This document shows, piece after piece, positions 1 to 12,908 of a stretch of DNA of 64,000 nt (within the stretch, counting starts at the first letter, position 1; every line of letters starts with the position of its first letter). Below the pieces are notes generated by a model. The model was given only the letters and a program-made list of their open reading frames with translations, did not search any database and was not told the DNA's origin. The position numbers and the translations under genes are program-made. The stretch is from Dicyema japonicum (lineage: Eukaryota; Animalia; Dicyemida). The stretch spans positions 24,996 to 88,995 of the forward strand of contig RDEW01000004.1 of NCBI GenBank assembly GCA_011109175.1. The letters are read 5' to 3'.

Positions 1-1130
1 GATAACATTGGCTAGTAGTTTTCCCCAGAAAGTTTATAATAAAACTTGAAGGTATATTAAAAACAAAGTGGGAGATATTGAATCTCCATTGGAGGTACCA
101 AAAGTCGTTTGGAAGTATGCTAGTTTTGTACTATTTATAGCGAGAAGAAGGTTTCGTCTTCTTTGGGTTTCGTCTAGAAGAAGGTTTATTATCTGCGTCA
201 CATCGAAGTCGAAGTGAGTTATTTAACGTAAACACTGAAAATCGAGTATTGGGGGAAGTAATATGAAACAGTAGGGATTGCCAAAGTTCCTTTGAGGACC
301 TTTGTAGCTTGCTCCTATAAGGTATATTCTTAGAATTTGAATACAACTTTTGTATTTCTATACAATTCCGTGAACAACTTATGCAACAAAACCATCATGG
401 GATGATTGACGTTTCTTAAAATCACGAAGGTTGAAGAACAGAGTAAATGAAAAGATGATGAAGAATGAGTGAATATGTCCATATCCTTGTTGCAACATAA
501 TCGTTGAATGAGCTTATGTTACAACTACATGTGGAGGTATGTTGTGGGTAAATAGAATATCACAGTTTATATGTAAATGGAGTAAAAAGATAGACGAAAA
601 GTCAAAAAGCTCGGACCATTACTTGGAGACTGGAAGGATTATAAAGAAGACGATTGTTGAGAAGCTCACATGTCTCACAATCAAATTGTTCTTCAATGGA
701 CATAAGGAATTAGTCGAATAAAGTATCATAAACTAGAAATAAGTCAAAAAAATACCACGATCTGTACTTGAAAAAGACAAGCAATAAAGAAGTATACAGA
801 ACATGAAAGTCTCAAACTCTTGAAAATAAAATGCAAAGATAGATATGGGGACTATTTGCAGATATCCTTTGAATGGATACAACGGTACCCTTAAATAATG
901 AATACAAACATACCTCGAAGGCACCATATATCGAGGATGACCTCGATGCACATTACACGTTTTAAACCAAAGAACTGCAAAAACGAAACTAAAAGACTAA
1001 GACTATCTAGATGCCATTTTAAAAATCCCATCCTCGTTGGGAGTCATCTGATTGACAGGAGTCACAGTAGTGTTACACAAACAGCTTGTGTTGCAATAAT
1101 TCTTAAGGTCACATAGTTACCCCCTTCATG
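1..1130 (-). CDS. Unidentified intron-containing host gene (partial, exon structure unresolved)
   Basis: Candidate GT-AG mini-introns on the minus strand (733-755, 23 nt; a 24-nt one near 890-913) join hydrophobic reading frames. No family recognised. Confidence 0.3.
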
Positions 1131-1889
1131 AGGAAGTGTAAACCAGTGGTATAAAGTTAGTGGTTCAACCACAGTGCTAATAAAAGTATAAAAAACTGAT
1201 AGATTATTAATTATGCTTAAATGACTAATTACGCATGTAAAAAATTCGTAAGTCATAAATTCAAACCAAAACGTCATTCCACGTAAAACAGTATATAACA
1301 AACAGTCATAATAAACGTATGGTAGAATATGAAGGAAGCAGTAGATAAATGTTAAAAGGCACAAAACAGTCAAACCAACAAAATACCACAGATTGTGGTA
1401 AACCTGACGCAAACTATTAATATTTTCTAATATGAATGATTAGCATTACGGCCCAAACGGACAAAATCAAAATAACTTATAAATCGATCAGAAAGTCGCA
1501 TTAATGTTAATTATATTTTTTTCACAAAATAATATAAAACTTGGTTAGAAATAATATTGTTAAAATTAAATTTGTTTTAAATTAATAAAATCAAAAAAAA
1601 TCGAATAAAATATCGAATTCTATCTCAATAATAAAATCCTCCCAGGAATGTCGTATGTCTTATAATTTATAATTCTAGGCTTTTAAACATATTTTATTGC
1701 AACAATGGGTGCTTAGCCACTAAGAGAATCTTTGCCGACTGCACAACGACCACCGAGACACTAAAAAAAGTCCCCATGTTGAAAAATTTAGATTTTTGAC
1801 GTTGACTTTTTCGACAAAAGCAGCGTGGATTATTTGATTTTGTTCATTGCTTACAGCAATAATAAACATGTGGTTCTGTGTGCTATAAA

Positions 1890-2838
1890 ATCTGCAGTAT
1901 TACCTTCAAACGAAAAAGAGCCTGAAGAGCCTTCTCAGGAATAAAGAGGAGTCTTTCGTCTATCAAGTTTATGTAGTGAAGTGTGAGGACTCTTTCGCTT
2001 CCATTTTGGATCTGCTGTTTTGCCCCACGACACGAAGACAGCTCGGAAAGGTACTCAAGAAGATGCACAATTCGAGGATACTGTTTTCCTTGAGTCTCTT
2101 AATTTGCAGAGTTTCCTTCTCAGAGTCCGGGGATTTTTCATCCTGCGACGTGGATATAAAAAACATTCCCAAGAAGTCTGTACAAGAACAGCTCAAGGAT
2201 GACCTTATCGAGAAACTACGGGCAGAAATCGCATCCAACCACGCCCAGGTGATTAAAGAGTTGGAAGGGATCAACAACAGGATAGATTTTCTTGAAAGTA
2301 TTGGTTTTGCTTATTTTTAGACCGCCAGAAACAAATGTATTACCATTGCTTACTCTTAGAGTGGACGAACAAGTCAAATTAAGTAATTTGAGAGAGACTG
2401 TGGCCAAGCTATCCGAGAATACGTCCTCTGAATCCAAGAATCTGTTGAATACATTCTCAATGGGTTTTCCTGGGTCATTTCTTGTAGAGTTTCGTAGTCT
2501 AAATGATAAATTTTCTAATGCTGTAGAAATGAGTAAATATACGGATGAAAACACGTGCAAAATGTATGACCATATGGAGGATAAATTTGATAAGCTAATT
2601 GAAAACCTCAAAGACTCCACCCTGCAAGGAATCGAACATTTAAAAGATCAAGTTGAAAAACAAAATAGTGAAATTAAGGGTTGCTAGCCGTTTATTGTTC
2701 GTAGGTCTTATTTCAGAGATTAATCCGCCACGTGAGCGATCAGTATCATGTCATTCAATTCTTTCGGAGGATTTTATCGAAATTTCAGACGATGATGAGA
2801 CGGATTCCGTTTATTTCCAACGAAATAATCGGGATTAG
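1890..2838 (+). CDS. Hypothetical coiled-coil protein, multi-exon; start not fixed
   Basis: ORFs 1976-2320, 2292-2687 and 2653-2838 join in frame via 23-25 nt GT-AG introns (2298-2320, 2337-2359, and two more near 2463 and 2680), with a 16-nt exon at 2321-2336. Heptad-like sequence and an acidic tail; TAG at 2836-2838. Confidence 0.6.
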
Positions 2839-3559
2839 TTAATATTCCCTAATTCTTACATTTTGGATCTTTAAAACTTTCATTGGTTATTTGTCATTGA
2901 TTTAAATGAGATTTGTTGGATCGATTTACACATATTATGCTAGTACTTGCCAATTGAATTTTAATTAATATTGATTCACTCTCAATTTATAATCTTCCAT
3001 TAGGTTGGGGTGTTTATGGGGGAACACGTTTGGATAGGAATGTGATTCTCACACGGAGAAATGACATCTCACTTGATCATAAAAAAATTTTAGCGCAACG
3101 TTATATGGTTCACCGATTCTGTAAGTAACCCCCAGAGAGCACCTAATGCTTCTCCAAAAGAACCATTAAACAACTTCCTACGAGGAAACTGTCTCCCCGG
3201 CGGCACGCTCTATTATTATTGTCACTAACTTTTATAAAAAGGGAGTTACTTCAAGCAATAAACATAACAAATTCAATTTATGATTTATCCACTTGTCGTG
3301 AATTATAGATAGTCTTCATATTTTCTATCAATCACTTAATTATTATATTCACTTATTGAACAAGTATTTAACTCTCCCGCTCTTCTAGGGGAATGGATTA
3401 TCAACATAATGCAACTGACTTTATTTACCAAAAAGGATTAGCAGATATGCAAGATCATTGAAAAGAGATGAGTTTGAGAAAATTAAAGAATTTGTGTCTG
3501 AGTTAATAGGCAATTAATTTTATCGAATTAGTCTCGCTTAATTAACCTGTAATTTTTTA

Positions 3560-3998
3560 ATTGAAAACAATTTATTATGAAACCAGAAAATCAAAATAAG
3601 CCTGATAGGATGGAGTTGCTTCTCAACTGACAGAGAAATCCTTTGGGAAGACGGACGGTCGAACTGAAGGCAAACAATGAAGCTATTCCTTTCAGAATAT
3701 CCCAAAGGATCATTTGGGTGTATTTTGACATACACATGTCATTCTCGCCTTATGTTGAGAACATCATTACAAAATGCGAAAAGAAAACTTATATTTTACA
3801 ATGCCTCACAGGCTTCTGGAAAAACGGAAATCATACTGTTTTTAACATTCCGTCGTGACTACGAAGATCCAGTCACTCGATCGATACGTACTTGTGTGGG
3901 GTCGAGGGAGGAGCATCGGGCCAAGATGAGGTCCATGCTAGTGCGTGATGGGATCACGTGATTAGTTAGTTTGTGTAGTCATGGTCTCTGGTAATATT
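3560..3998 (+). mobile_element. Family A LINE, 5'-truncated 3' fragment
   Basis: Post-RT region ending RTCVGSREEHRAKMRSMLVRDGIT*, followed by the family 3' end GGATCAC..TTAGTTAGTT; similar to 17100-17520. Confidence 0.7.
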
Positions 3999-4052
3999 AT
4001 TTGGTTTCCCGACGCTCATTACAAACTTTCGAAATCATTGACCCGAGAGATT

Positions 4053-5438
4053 TTAGAAAAGAGACCGTCTTGGGGTTGAAGACTCCACTCGTCTCGACAA
4101 CAACGAAGTTACATGGAATCTTGTGGAAAGGGAAAAGGTGTAGGTACATACCCCATCCCAAATCAAGCATTTTCCTGAAGAGAAGGGGAATACAGTAATC
4201 CCGTCTGGGTGGTTTCCATTTCCACGATCCAGGCCCACCGGTTCCAGAGATGACGGAAATCCAGTCGCCTCAAGAGAGCGCTTGTATGGTTAGCGAAACG
4301 GAAACAGGCCTTTGCTTATACATTAAGAGAGCGGATGAAGTTTTTTGTTGTCCACAACGGTATGGATGATGTTGGTACAGGCCGATCCTGAGACGGATAA
4401 ATATCCCATTCCGAAAGACGTCCTGTTCCAGAAGGGAATCAATTGACGATGATGGGAACGCGTTCAGCAAGCACCTCTGTGAGGAGAAAAAAACAATATT
4501 ATCGAAATTTATATTCACAATTTCTTAAATAATCTTGGAGATAAGAATGTTGAAATTCTCCAGGCTTTCCTGAAAGAGGTAACAAGGAGAGTAACATGCC
4601 AAAAACATTAACTTTGAAAAGAAAAGTTATTATTAAAAATATGAGGAATAATCTTTTTTGGAAATGGGGGTGCTCAATACAATTAGGTGTTCCACATTTG
4701 TAATACCAGCATCGGAGAGACAGGCTGATTCTGCATCGTGATTTAAAGAATTCATCTTGCGAGAGTCCCAGATTACAAATTTCATATTTACTCGCATTAA
4801 TCTCGAGTCCACAACTGCTAAGAATGGGAAGAAGTATTCCAGGACTATTCATAGCCGTCTCGGAAGATCCACCAATCGTAGCATCTTCCAAATACCAACA
4901 ATTGAAAGTCGTCACACACTAACGGACAGCCTCATCCACTGCCAAAGCAAAAAGAAGCGGACCAGGAAGATGACCTTGTTTGAAATGACGAAAGGTCTCC
5001 GATATACCCAATACGGAAACCATCCAAGCCCCTAATGCTGCTTGGTGAGAAGGATTTGATCCCAGCCACTACATCAGATTCGGTAAAAAAAACGGCAGGC
5101 GGCAGTCCAATGGCATTGAAAAATTTCTCAGATCCAATGAAGAGTGAGGATGTCAATTCTCCAACTTAGAAATGACTTCAGGGGTAACTGAGAAAAAAAG
5201 GATTCTCATCTTCAAACGACCGAGTAGATTTCCTAAGGTTTGCAGCAATAGAATCTTTTCGACGATTAGAGTCCAATCCAAGTGCAATTAGGTGAAAGAG
5301 AAATAAGGAAATCCAATTCATGGTCCCCGAAGACAAAGTAGCCCTCTCAATAGCGCGGGCAAGAGCCACGTCCGCCACTAACCTCGCGGACCTTGGGATC
5401 CTCAAAGGAATACGTCTCTGTACTCCACATTGACCCAA
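4053..5438 (-). mobile_element. Degenerate CRE-like non-LTR retrotransposon (RT plus restriction-like endonuclease)
   Basis: Fragments RIPLRIPRSAR, VAGIKSFSPSSIRGLDG, WYLEDATIGG (YLDD motif) and the RLE motif LEPVGLDRGNGNHPDGITVFPFSSGKCLIWD; many frameshifts. Confidence 0.7.
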
Positions 5439-5799
5439 AAAGTCGAATTTCTTCAGACGTAAAGTGATCGATGGACGATCCAGAAAAAGGGTCAGACATT
5501 AAAAAAAAGTAAGGGAATCAAACCTGTAAATTGTTTTAATATTAAAATATAACAGCAAGACACATGAAATATATATTCGTGACAATATTAGACTATCGAT
5601 TATTTTAATTATAAATAAAATTAAATTATACCGAAGGAACGGTTCCGCGACTACGGGTCGCAGCTTCCGCCAGTAAGGAATTAACCATTGATCCAGAATG
5701 AGGGTCCATCATAAATATGGTTTTCCGATATATTGAATTGATTCTGTTGAGCTTAGTCTCTGGACATATGCTCAACGTGTCTTGTGGCTTACCCGAAAA

Positions 5800-6060
5800 A
5801 CTCACTTATTTCGGAAAGGAACGAAAAGAACCATCACCTTTTCCCCACCACATGGGGGTTCCTGTAAAGATATCTTTACTTGTAGTAAAATCTTGCATTG
5901 GTACCAGTTCGAGAAAAGTAACTGATGCAGCACTTCGATTGTGGTTTTTAGTAAAATGAGTCTGTAACGCAGTTAAATGTTTTAGCGATTCATTTAGGTT
6001 TAAAACACGCATTGGACTTTCTCGGTTAGTAAGCAACTTAAAACCTTCGAAATAATTATA
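5800..6060 (-). repeat. Dispersed repeat of unknown family (second copy about 32330-32590)
   Basis: Clear nucleotide similarity between the two loci by eye; translation faintly resembles an integrase H2C2 region. Confidence 0.55.
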
Positions 6061-6134
6061 AGATCAATTATTAGAGTGTATGTACATTTGAGTTTCTGAC
6101 GGGAGACTCTCTTTTTGGTGGAAATTCTGTTATT

Positions 6135-6370
6135 ATTTATTTATTAACCCCGGATACACCAAGAGACAAGTTAAAGTAAACAACTAATTAAGTGTATCCA
6201 GTTTCCACTTCAACAGAAACAGAGTCCATCCGGAATCAGCATAAAAGGTAAGACGTCTATTACATGCAGTTGTGGAAACCCTTCCAGTGGAGTGAGGGAG
6301 AGCAAATGATCCTTTTTCGTGCCGGCCTGGCACTGGGCTCCACCTATACAGGTGGATCACATGACGCCAC
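6135..6370 (-). mobile_element. SINE-like non-autonomous element sharing 5' and 3' ends with family A LINE (copy 1)
   Basis: Starts GTGGCGTCATGTGATCCACC like the LINE 5' ends at 15963 and 61960; ends with hairpin GGATACAC/GTGTATCC and an AATAAAT tail; non-coding interior shared with 12345-12540 and 58560-58742. Confidence 0.7.
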
Positions 6371-6559
6371 TCTAATAGGAAAAGAGAGGAGGAACAGACA
6401 AGCAAGCAGAAAACTTCAGCCAATCAACCACGCAGCACCACATGTCGCCACGCGGCTAATATGGAATAGGCAGGGCTATTTTATTGTACCCCCTTTGCTT
6501 GGATATTTGAATAAATGATTTTTTTATTTTTATTAATTTTTATTTTCTTTTTGTCATAT

Positions 6560-7455
6560 TTGGCGGTATTTTCTAAATGGAAGAAGAGGAAGAGTAACTG
6601 CTGGAAAAACTAGATCAGTGACCAAGTTCCTACCAAATGGGGGTCCTCAAGGATTTCCACTTTCACCACACCTATTCAACCTATTCTTGAATGATATGCC
6701 CTTTTTTACCAGTGACGATACTCTGGTTTTAACATATGCGGATGATATAATCGTCGCAGTCAAAGACCAGTGCGTTAATACTGCTGTTTATCGGATACAA
6801 GCTTCATTGGACGATCTGAACTGTTGGCTCGTTAATAACATTTTACATACAAGTCCCGAAAAGTCTTATACAACAATTTTCACAACAAACAGAAGATTGA
6901 CAAACTCCGGTTCTTGTGTAACCATAAATGGAAACTCAATCCCCACGACCAACTCGGTCAAGATACTAACTTACGACCCACTCTTGACCTTCAGCAAACA
7001 CATTGACAACGTCATCTCTTTGGCACAACGAAAGCTAAATTTTGTTAAATCACTCCTTGGACAATATAATGGGTGTTTCAATTCAAATTTGGACTCGCCC
7101 TAAGTGCAGTATATTCAACCGTCTCTAACTTACGGGTGTGCTGCATGGGGAACCAACCTATCAAACAGGAATATAGAAAAAATCAATACCTTCCAAAAAA
7201 TAACCAGTAAGGCTTTGAAAGGTTTTCTTGGATACCTCTAAACCCTAAACCTTTTGAAAAATTATTGAGGAAAACCGGAGCCTTACTACCCTTTAAAAAA
7301 GTTAAAAACCCCCGTCCAATCCGGAAATGCGTTGGAACCCGGGAAGAACACCGAGCAAGAATGAGATAGCTACTCGAGGCGGCCGGAATCATCTGACGGC
7401 TATGTAGTTATTTAATTTGTCGGTGATTTTTGGTTTTTAATAATAATAATAATTT
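6560..7455 (+). mobile_element. Family A LINE, RT C-terminal half and 3' end
   Basis: GGPQGFPLSPHLFNLFL and TYADD motifs; C-terminus RKCVGTREEHRARMR; (AAT)n tail at about 7440-7453. Confidence 0.8.
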
Positions 7456-7899
7456 TGGAAAGTAGTGATGTGTGATTATTATAGAATCTGATAGAATTGC
7501 TCGACCTGTTCCATTAAGTTAATCCATGCGATCATTGTTTCATCAATTTCATTGAAGTTTAGTTTTGGAATTCTTGCTGTGTTTAATGTTTTTATATCAG
7601 TCCTATTCGAACGGTCGAATTTTAATTTAAGTCGTTTATAGCTCTGGGAGAAATCGTCTTTTTTAATCTGGAAGAAAAAATCCTGGAAATTTTAGACGCA
7701 GACACTGACGGGTTTTCAGATATTTACCGAGGCATTTAAACTTTCGTTGATAGAAAGTCTAACACAACGACGCATCATAAAACACAATTTAGCGTGTAAT
7801 TAAAATTCGTGTAATTAAATCTTTCCCGACACATAATATTCGCATACACAAGAGTGTTTGTAGCGTTTTTTTTCTTCTTTTTTAACGTCCTTAAGAATT

Positions 7900-8170
7900 G
7901 AGCTTTCATCGTAACAACCAGGCTTGGACATACGTAATGTATTCTCTGACTCTCTTTTCGGATAGGGTTGACTTGCCAGACATGTCTATTATTATGATAT
8001 CATCCTCATAGATATAAGTAGCTTTGAGTTCTGTGCCGATGGTATTGGAAAATCCTACATATAATATTGAAGGGATCGGACTCAAAACAGAGTCCTGTGG
8101 TACGCCTCTTGCAAATGAGATCCCTTCTGATATGAATCCGCCAACTCTTACTACTGCTGAGACGGGAAGA
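7900..8170 (-). mobile_element. Jockey/CR1-like RT fragment
   Basis: GVPQDSVLSP and YEDD motifs. Confidence 0.6.
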
Positions 8171-9029
8171 GAGCGCTTTGCAATCACAATGGATCCTTAA
8201 CGGTATGGATGAGGGTGGCACATGTCGATTCTGAGACGAATAACTGCAAATTCGAAGGGCGTCCTGTTCCAGAAAGGAAGATGATGTAAAAGCGTCCAGC
8301 CAAACACCTTCTGGTTGTGGTCTTTTCGAATTTTATGACTAATTTTGACAAAAAGTTTGATGTGTGAACCGCCTCAACAAAACTCTAATGTAGGATACGA
8401 GTGCTCTCAGTCTGTTACGCCCGTCATGAACAGGTTGAGTGTTCATCTGCATTTTGCCAACATATTATTGGTGAGGTTACTATTGAAAGAGAGATTTTAT
8501 AAACAAGTAGTATGTCGCCGCTGCTATTTGTGCTTTTCTAACCGTTGAGCAGACACCTTTCATGGATTATACTATGTTTTTTTGTATTCAAAATAAATTA
8601 ATCGATTGTTTCTGACTGGATTTTAGTGAAGGAATGCTTTTGCTCAGTCATCGGAGAACCAAAAATGCAAGATTTATGTCTTTAAGAAATTCTCTGAGAC
8701 AGAGACTACTTGAAGCCAAAAAAGTTGAACATTGAAGGTCCACAATTGCAAATTTCGCATATCCTTGTTTAGTTCAAGACTGTCTTTAGACCAAAGAAGG
8801 TAATAATTTTTCTAGATTTTACGGTCCTCCAAAAACTGCATCGTCCAAGTATAAAAGGATGAAAAAGGAATGGGGATTTTGGTGGTTTTTGTCCGAAAAG
8901 TTCTCATGTTGTACTCTAGAGGAAGAGGGGATTTGAAATTTTCCAGAGATAAGAGCGGACAGAGTCCGTAGGACTGGACCATCAGCCAATTATAAAACAT
9001 CTTTCCATATAAGCATCCAGAATGTTATC

Positions 9030-9210
9030 CCTTTTTTACATTTGAAGACGAAGTGGTCAGATGTTTACACCAATAAGTAACTGAAAACAAATTCAGTACA
9101 ATCTGTTGTCGCAAATTAATTTGTGGAGAATCGTGTAGACACGATGATCAGTTTGGATACGGCTGTGATGAACGACAACCCGACATTTTCGTTTATGATA
9201 AATACGATCT
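9030..9210 (+). mobile_element. R4/Dong-like RLE fragment
   Basis: DEVVRCLH...QPDIFVYDK, matching the RLE region at 23760-23940 and 46420-46620. Confidence 0.5.
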
Positions 9211-9343
9211 TTAATACTTTTTTATTACAATTTCTAGTTTTAAGAGCAACTCTAAATATAATTTTAACTTAAACTTAATTACCAACCCCGTGTGCGACAT
9301 AATACAAAAAGTGTCTACTATTTTTTTTACAAAATAATTTTTT

Positions 9344-9541
9344 TTAACAATTAAACAAATGTCGGCTGAGGAAGCCTGCTGCGTGGATTGCGAACGAGTT
9401 CCCTCGGAGTATGACCATTCCAATCTTTTGTCTTAGCCATAACCCTTCTCGTTGATCCCTTTTCTTTCTGGCAAGTTCTCGCAAGAACACAGCCGTCATT
9501 GGACCAACGGCTCCCAATGATTCGGTCGCAACAAGAGTCAA
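9344..9541 (-). mobile_element. CRE-like element, C-terminal RLE fragment
   Basis: VATESLGAVGP...WLRQKIGMVILRGN; same motif at 28560-28725, 32690-32960 and 51000-51160. Confidence 0.65.
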
Positions 9542-9599
9542 CTATTTATTTTAAAATTTTAGAAAATCTCGAGATATTTACATTTTTGATTACATTATT

Positions 9600-10500
9600 T
9601 CATATCTTCTAGATCCTAATTATGTACTTCTTGAAATCACTGTATACTTATTTGTATTTCATCAAACACAGGATACTTTCTGTTTGACGCATTTCCATTA
9701 TAATCATGTCTAATATTCACTTTATCTCCCACGTTTATATTTTCTTTTTTTTCTCGCCTGTTTTTTTTGAAGATTTTCCAGAATATTCTGTGGTTCATCT
9801 TCCGAACTTTCATTGTTTTCGTAATTTATTCTTCTTCTGAGTCGGTTCCATCGAATGCCATTAAAAGGCTTATTCATTTTCGTTTGGGTTTTTTAATTCG
9901 CATAAAACTTTGAAAGGGAATATTCTTTGTCGATTGTAATCATATACAATCCTCTTTATAATGTTAAAGTAAACTCCAAAGCTTCCAGCTGAAGCACTTG
10001 TTGCGGACATCCATCGTTTAATTGATTGGTTGAACCTATTTATTATATCTTTAAAATAAACCTTTCAGCTTGTCCTTGTACCCATGGTGCTCTAGGTCTT
10101 CCACAGATATGCTTTATTTTAAAAAATTCAGAGCTTATCCATTTCAGATTTTCGAAACCCTCTTCCGTTATCAGTTTGAAGAATAACGGGTTCTCCAATA
10201 ACGTAAAATATATTCTCATGTAGAGATGAGATTTCCAATGCACTTTTATTCTTTGCCAGTTCCACAACAAAACTTAGTGAATGAGTCAACGACGACTAAA
10301 ACCTTCATATAAATAATTATTGAAGTTTAACCACGAGTTTGAGCGATTTATTTCTGAATATATTCTGAGATCTATAAGATCTGCGATATAATGGTCTTTA
10401 GGACCTCGGGCAATAATTGGAGTAATAGGTGGCTTTGCTCCCATCAATTTTTTTGAATAGCTAATAAATAACCAATACTTGGCAATAAACACATTTGTTC
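9600..10500 (-). mobile_element. Decayed Ginger/KRBA2-like DDE integrase transposon
   Basis: ITPIIARGPKDHYIADLIDLR and IKHICGRPRAPWVQGQAER integrase-core motifs; downstream NVGDKV segment like 43090. No TIRs found. Confidence 0.65.
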
Positions 10501-11699
10501 AAAACAAGGCGGATATCTTCCCTCATTATATTGTAGAAACTATTCCCCCACATTCTATTAAGTCTATCTTGGCCAAAATGATTTTATTATGCTCAGACTT
10601 CACCGAAGCAGATACACTACCTCAATCATCGTTAATTTCAGTTCCTTATCTTTAACTGCCAAGAATTGTAATTTTAGATCATCCTTCAGGTCTTCCATTT
10701 TTGTCCCTTGCAAACAAATCACGGTTTTAGACAAAATTAGAAATTTTGTTTTTCCTCCGTAGGGGGACCGATGTCAAGGTCGTTTTTTTTGTCCCTTGAA
10801 AGTCAGTCTCACGGTGATTTAGAGTGATAGGTGGAGCAAGTTGTTTCTAGCACTTAAACAAACTTATTAACGCTAAAAAATCATTAAATCAAGCACTTAT
10901 AAAAATAATTGCTTGGGGGTACTATAACTGCTTTAGGGGTACTATAATGCGCCAGTACCGCGGTATCCTCCTCGCAGAGCAATGGAGTTTCAAAACAGGA
11001 AAATCATGCACTGATTGCATATAAAAATGTGTTTAGAGGAATAAAATGCAAATAACAGTTGAACGTAGTATGATTGGATATTTCCAAGGCTTCTATAGTG
11101 TGTGCACAAAATCCTCCTATCAAGGCTCGTGTAAGCGGATATTCCAAGATTCCTATTCGTATGGATAAGGAATTTCCTATCAGGGCGGATATCTCAAGTG
11201 CGTATTGAAGGATTCGTATCCAAAGATATTTCAATAACGTGTCTGATTCGACTTATTTTAAAATTTTATTTCCCTTTCTCCTATTTTTAATCTACCATTT
11301 TAATAAATGTAAAAAACTGAAAACACTTGGTTCATTACTCGGGGATGAAACTGACCTTGAAAAACAGAAAAGGCTATTCTCAGAGTGAGGTAGATCTGAA
11401 AAACGCTTTTGAGAGTCTACAATGTATTTGTAGTCTCAATTAAGAATAACCCATCCGGTTGTCCTCAACACCAACCTAATAAAATTAATGGTACGTGAGT
11501 TATTTTTTACATAATTGTGTTGTCCTTTATAAATTTTATTAGCCCGAGGTGGATAAATTAATATCATCTACCAACGCACTTGTGGTCAAAATTAAATTAA
11601 AGAAATTGGTTATCCCGTTGTAACTGGGTTAGGTAGCTAACTACTAAATATTTAACACATATTATCAATATGGTCTAGAAGGGGAATCTTTATTACAGG

Positions 11700-11995
11700 A
11701 ATAATCCATTACTTCATAAAAATAGACACAAGCCGAGAATATTATTAACAAATATTTTGAAGGAAACTGAATCACTATTTTTTTCAATATCTAAAGAATA
11801 TTATTTTAAAATTAGCAATTACGGAATCAACTGAAGTAGTAACTTTTCTGTTTGAGCAATCATTGTTAATTGAATTCCAAAAGACATCAACTGAAGTGGA
11901 GAGGTCATTTTTGATTCTTAACAAAATTTTAACGAAATATTTCCTATCTGAAAATGTAAAATATTATCTAATTTTGTGTTTTACAAGTTAAGTTA
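11700..11995 (+). mobile_element. hAT-type transposase C-terminal (dimerisation) remnant
   Basis: TSTEVERSFLILNKIL...ENVKYYLILCF resembles the hAT dimerisation motif. Confidence 0.5.
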
Positions 11996-12344
11996 ACTTT
12001 TCATTTAGGTAAACTTTTTATACTTATTAGATCAACTATTGACTTTTTAGGGTTATTTTTTTAACTTTTCCAACTTCTGACACTATATCTGTAAATTTCC
12101 TTTTGTTTCTTCCGAACTGTCCCCTAGATTTTGTGTTTAATATCATTAGAAATTGTGACGGGGTTGTCTTCAGATTCGTATGACGAATTTTTTAAGATAA
12201 TTTTACTGCACCTTCAGCCCACACTTCTAGTCTTATAACTCTTGAATACATCCAAGTCTTGTTTCCGCCGTTGAGCGATGAAATTTGAAAATCTAATTGC
12301 TCCATATGTTTCACAGGGGAATTCTAGCATTCTAACCCTTTTTA

Positions 12345-12540
12345 GACTTTTATTAACCCCGGATATACCGAAAAAGAATATGCAGTAAACAACTAATTAA
12401 GTGTATTCAGATTCCACTTTACAGAAACAGAGTCCTTCAACGTCACACGAGTCCATCATTCGGAACCAGCATAAAAGGTAATAGACCTCCATTTCTTGCA
12501 GTTGTGGAAACTTCTCCAATGGAGTGGGGGGTCATTTGGA
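12345..12540 (-). mobile_element. SINE-like family A derivative (copy 2, 5' end missing)
   Basis: Collinear with 6140-6310 (CAACTAATTAAGTGTA..ACAGAAACAGAGTCC..AGCATAAAAGGTAA..GCAGTTGTGGAAAC). Confidence 0.7.
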
Positions 12541-12908
12541 TTCATATTCACGTGGTTTAATTAGTAATTATTTAAGGACTAACAATACCGCCATATTCAA
12601 ATGTTTAAATCTATGATTATTTAAGAACCAACGATGCGAACATATTCAACACATTCAAGAACACCAACAGTTAATTTAATTACTAAATTAAGTGATCTCG
12701 AAGTCCTCAATCAGAATTCTCATTTTCTTTTCGTGCGCCTTCTGGGATCCAACACAACTTCTCTGTGGGCGGGGTGGTATCGGGAATAGGAATTGTAGAG
12801 GGGTGATGTATACCCTTCTCATAAGACACATCGTGACTGTGTATTGTTGAGAGTTGCACTGCTTGCACATGGTAGCAAATCCTTCTCCATTTTGTCGGAT
12901 AAGGTCTN

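Noticed and set aside
6306-6370. 5' structure as a hammerhead, twister or pistol ribozyme
   Set aside because: The CUGANGA core is absent and the helix order does not fit twister or pistol; only the HDV-like ordering was kept as a hypothesis.
8345-8570. Possible Penelope GIY-YIG remnant on the minus strand
   Set aside because: VYKI and YVGK fall in different frames and no adjacent Penelope RT is visible; too weak.
11004-11234. Short ORF with internal repeats (IRI..LEY/ALEIS)
   Set aside because: Explained by short degenerate DNA repeats; no start or splice context and no recognisable family.
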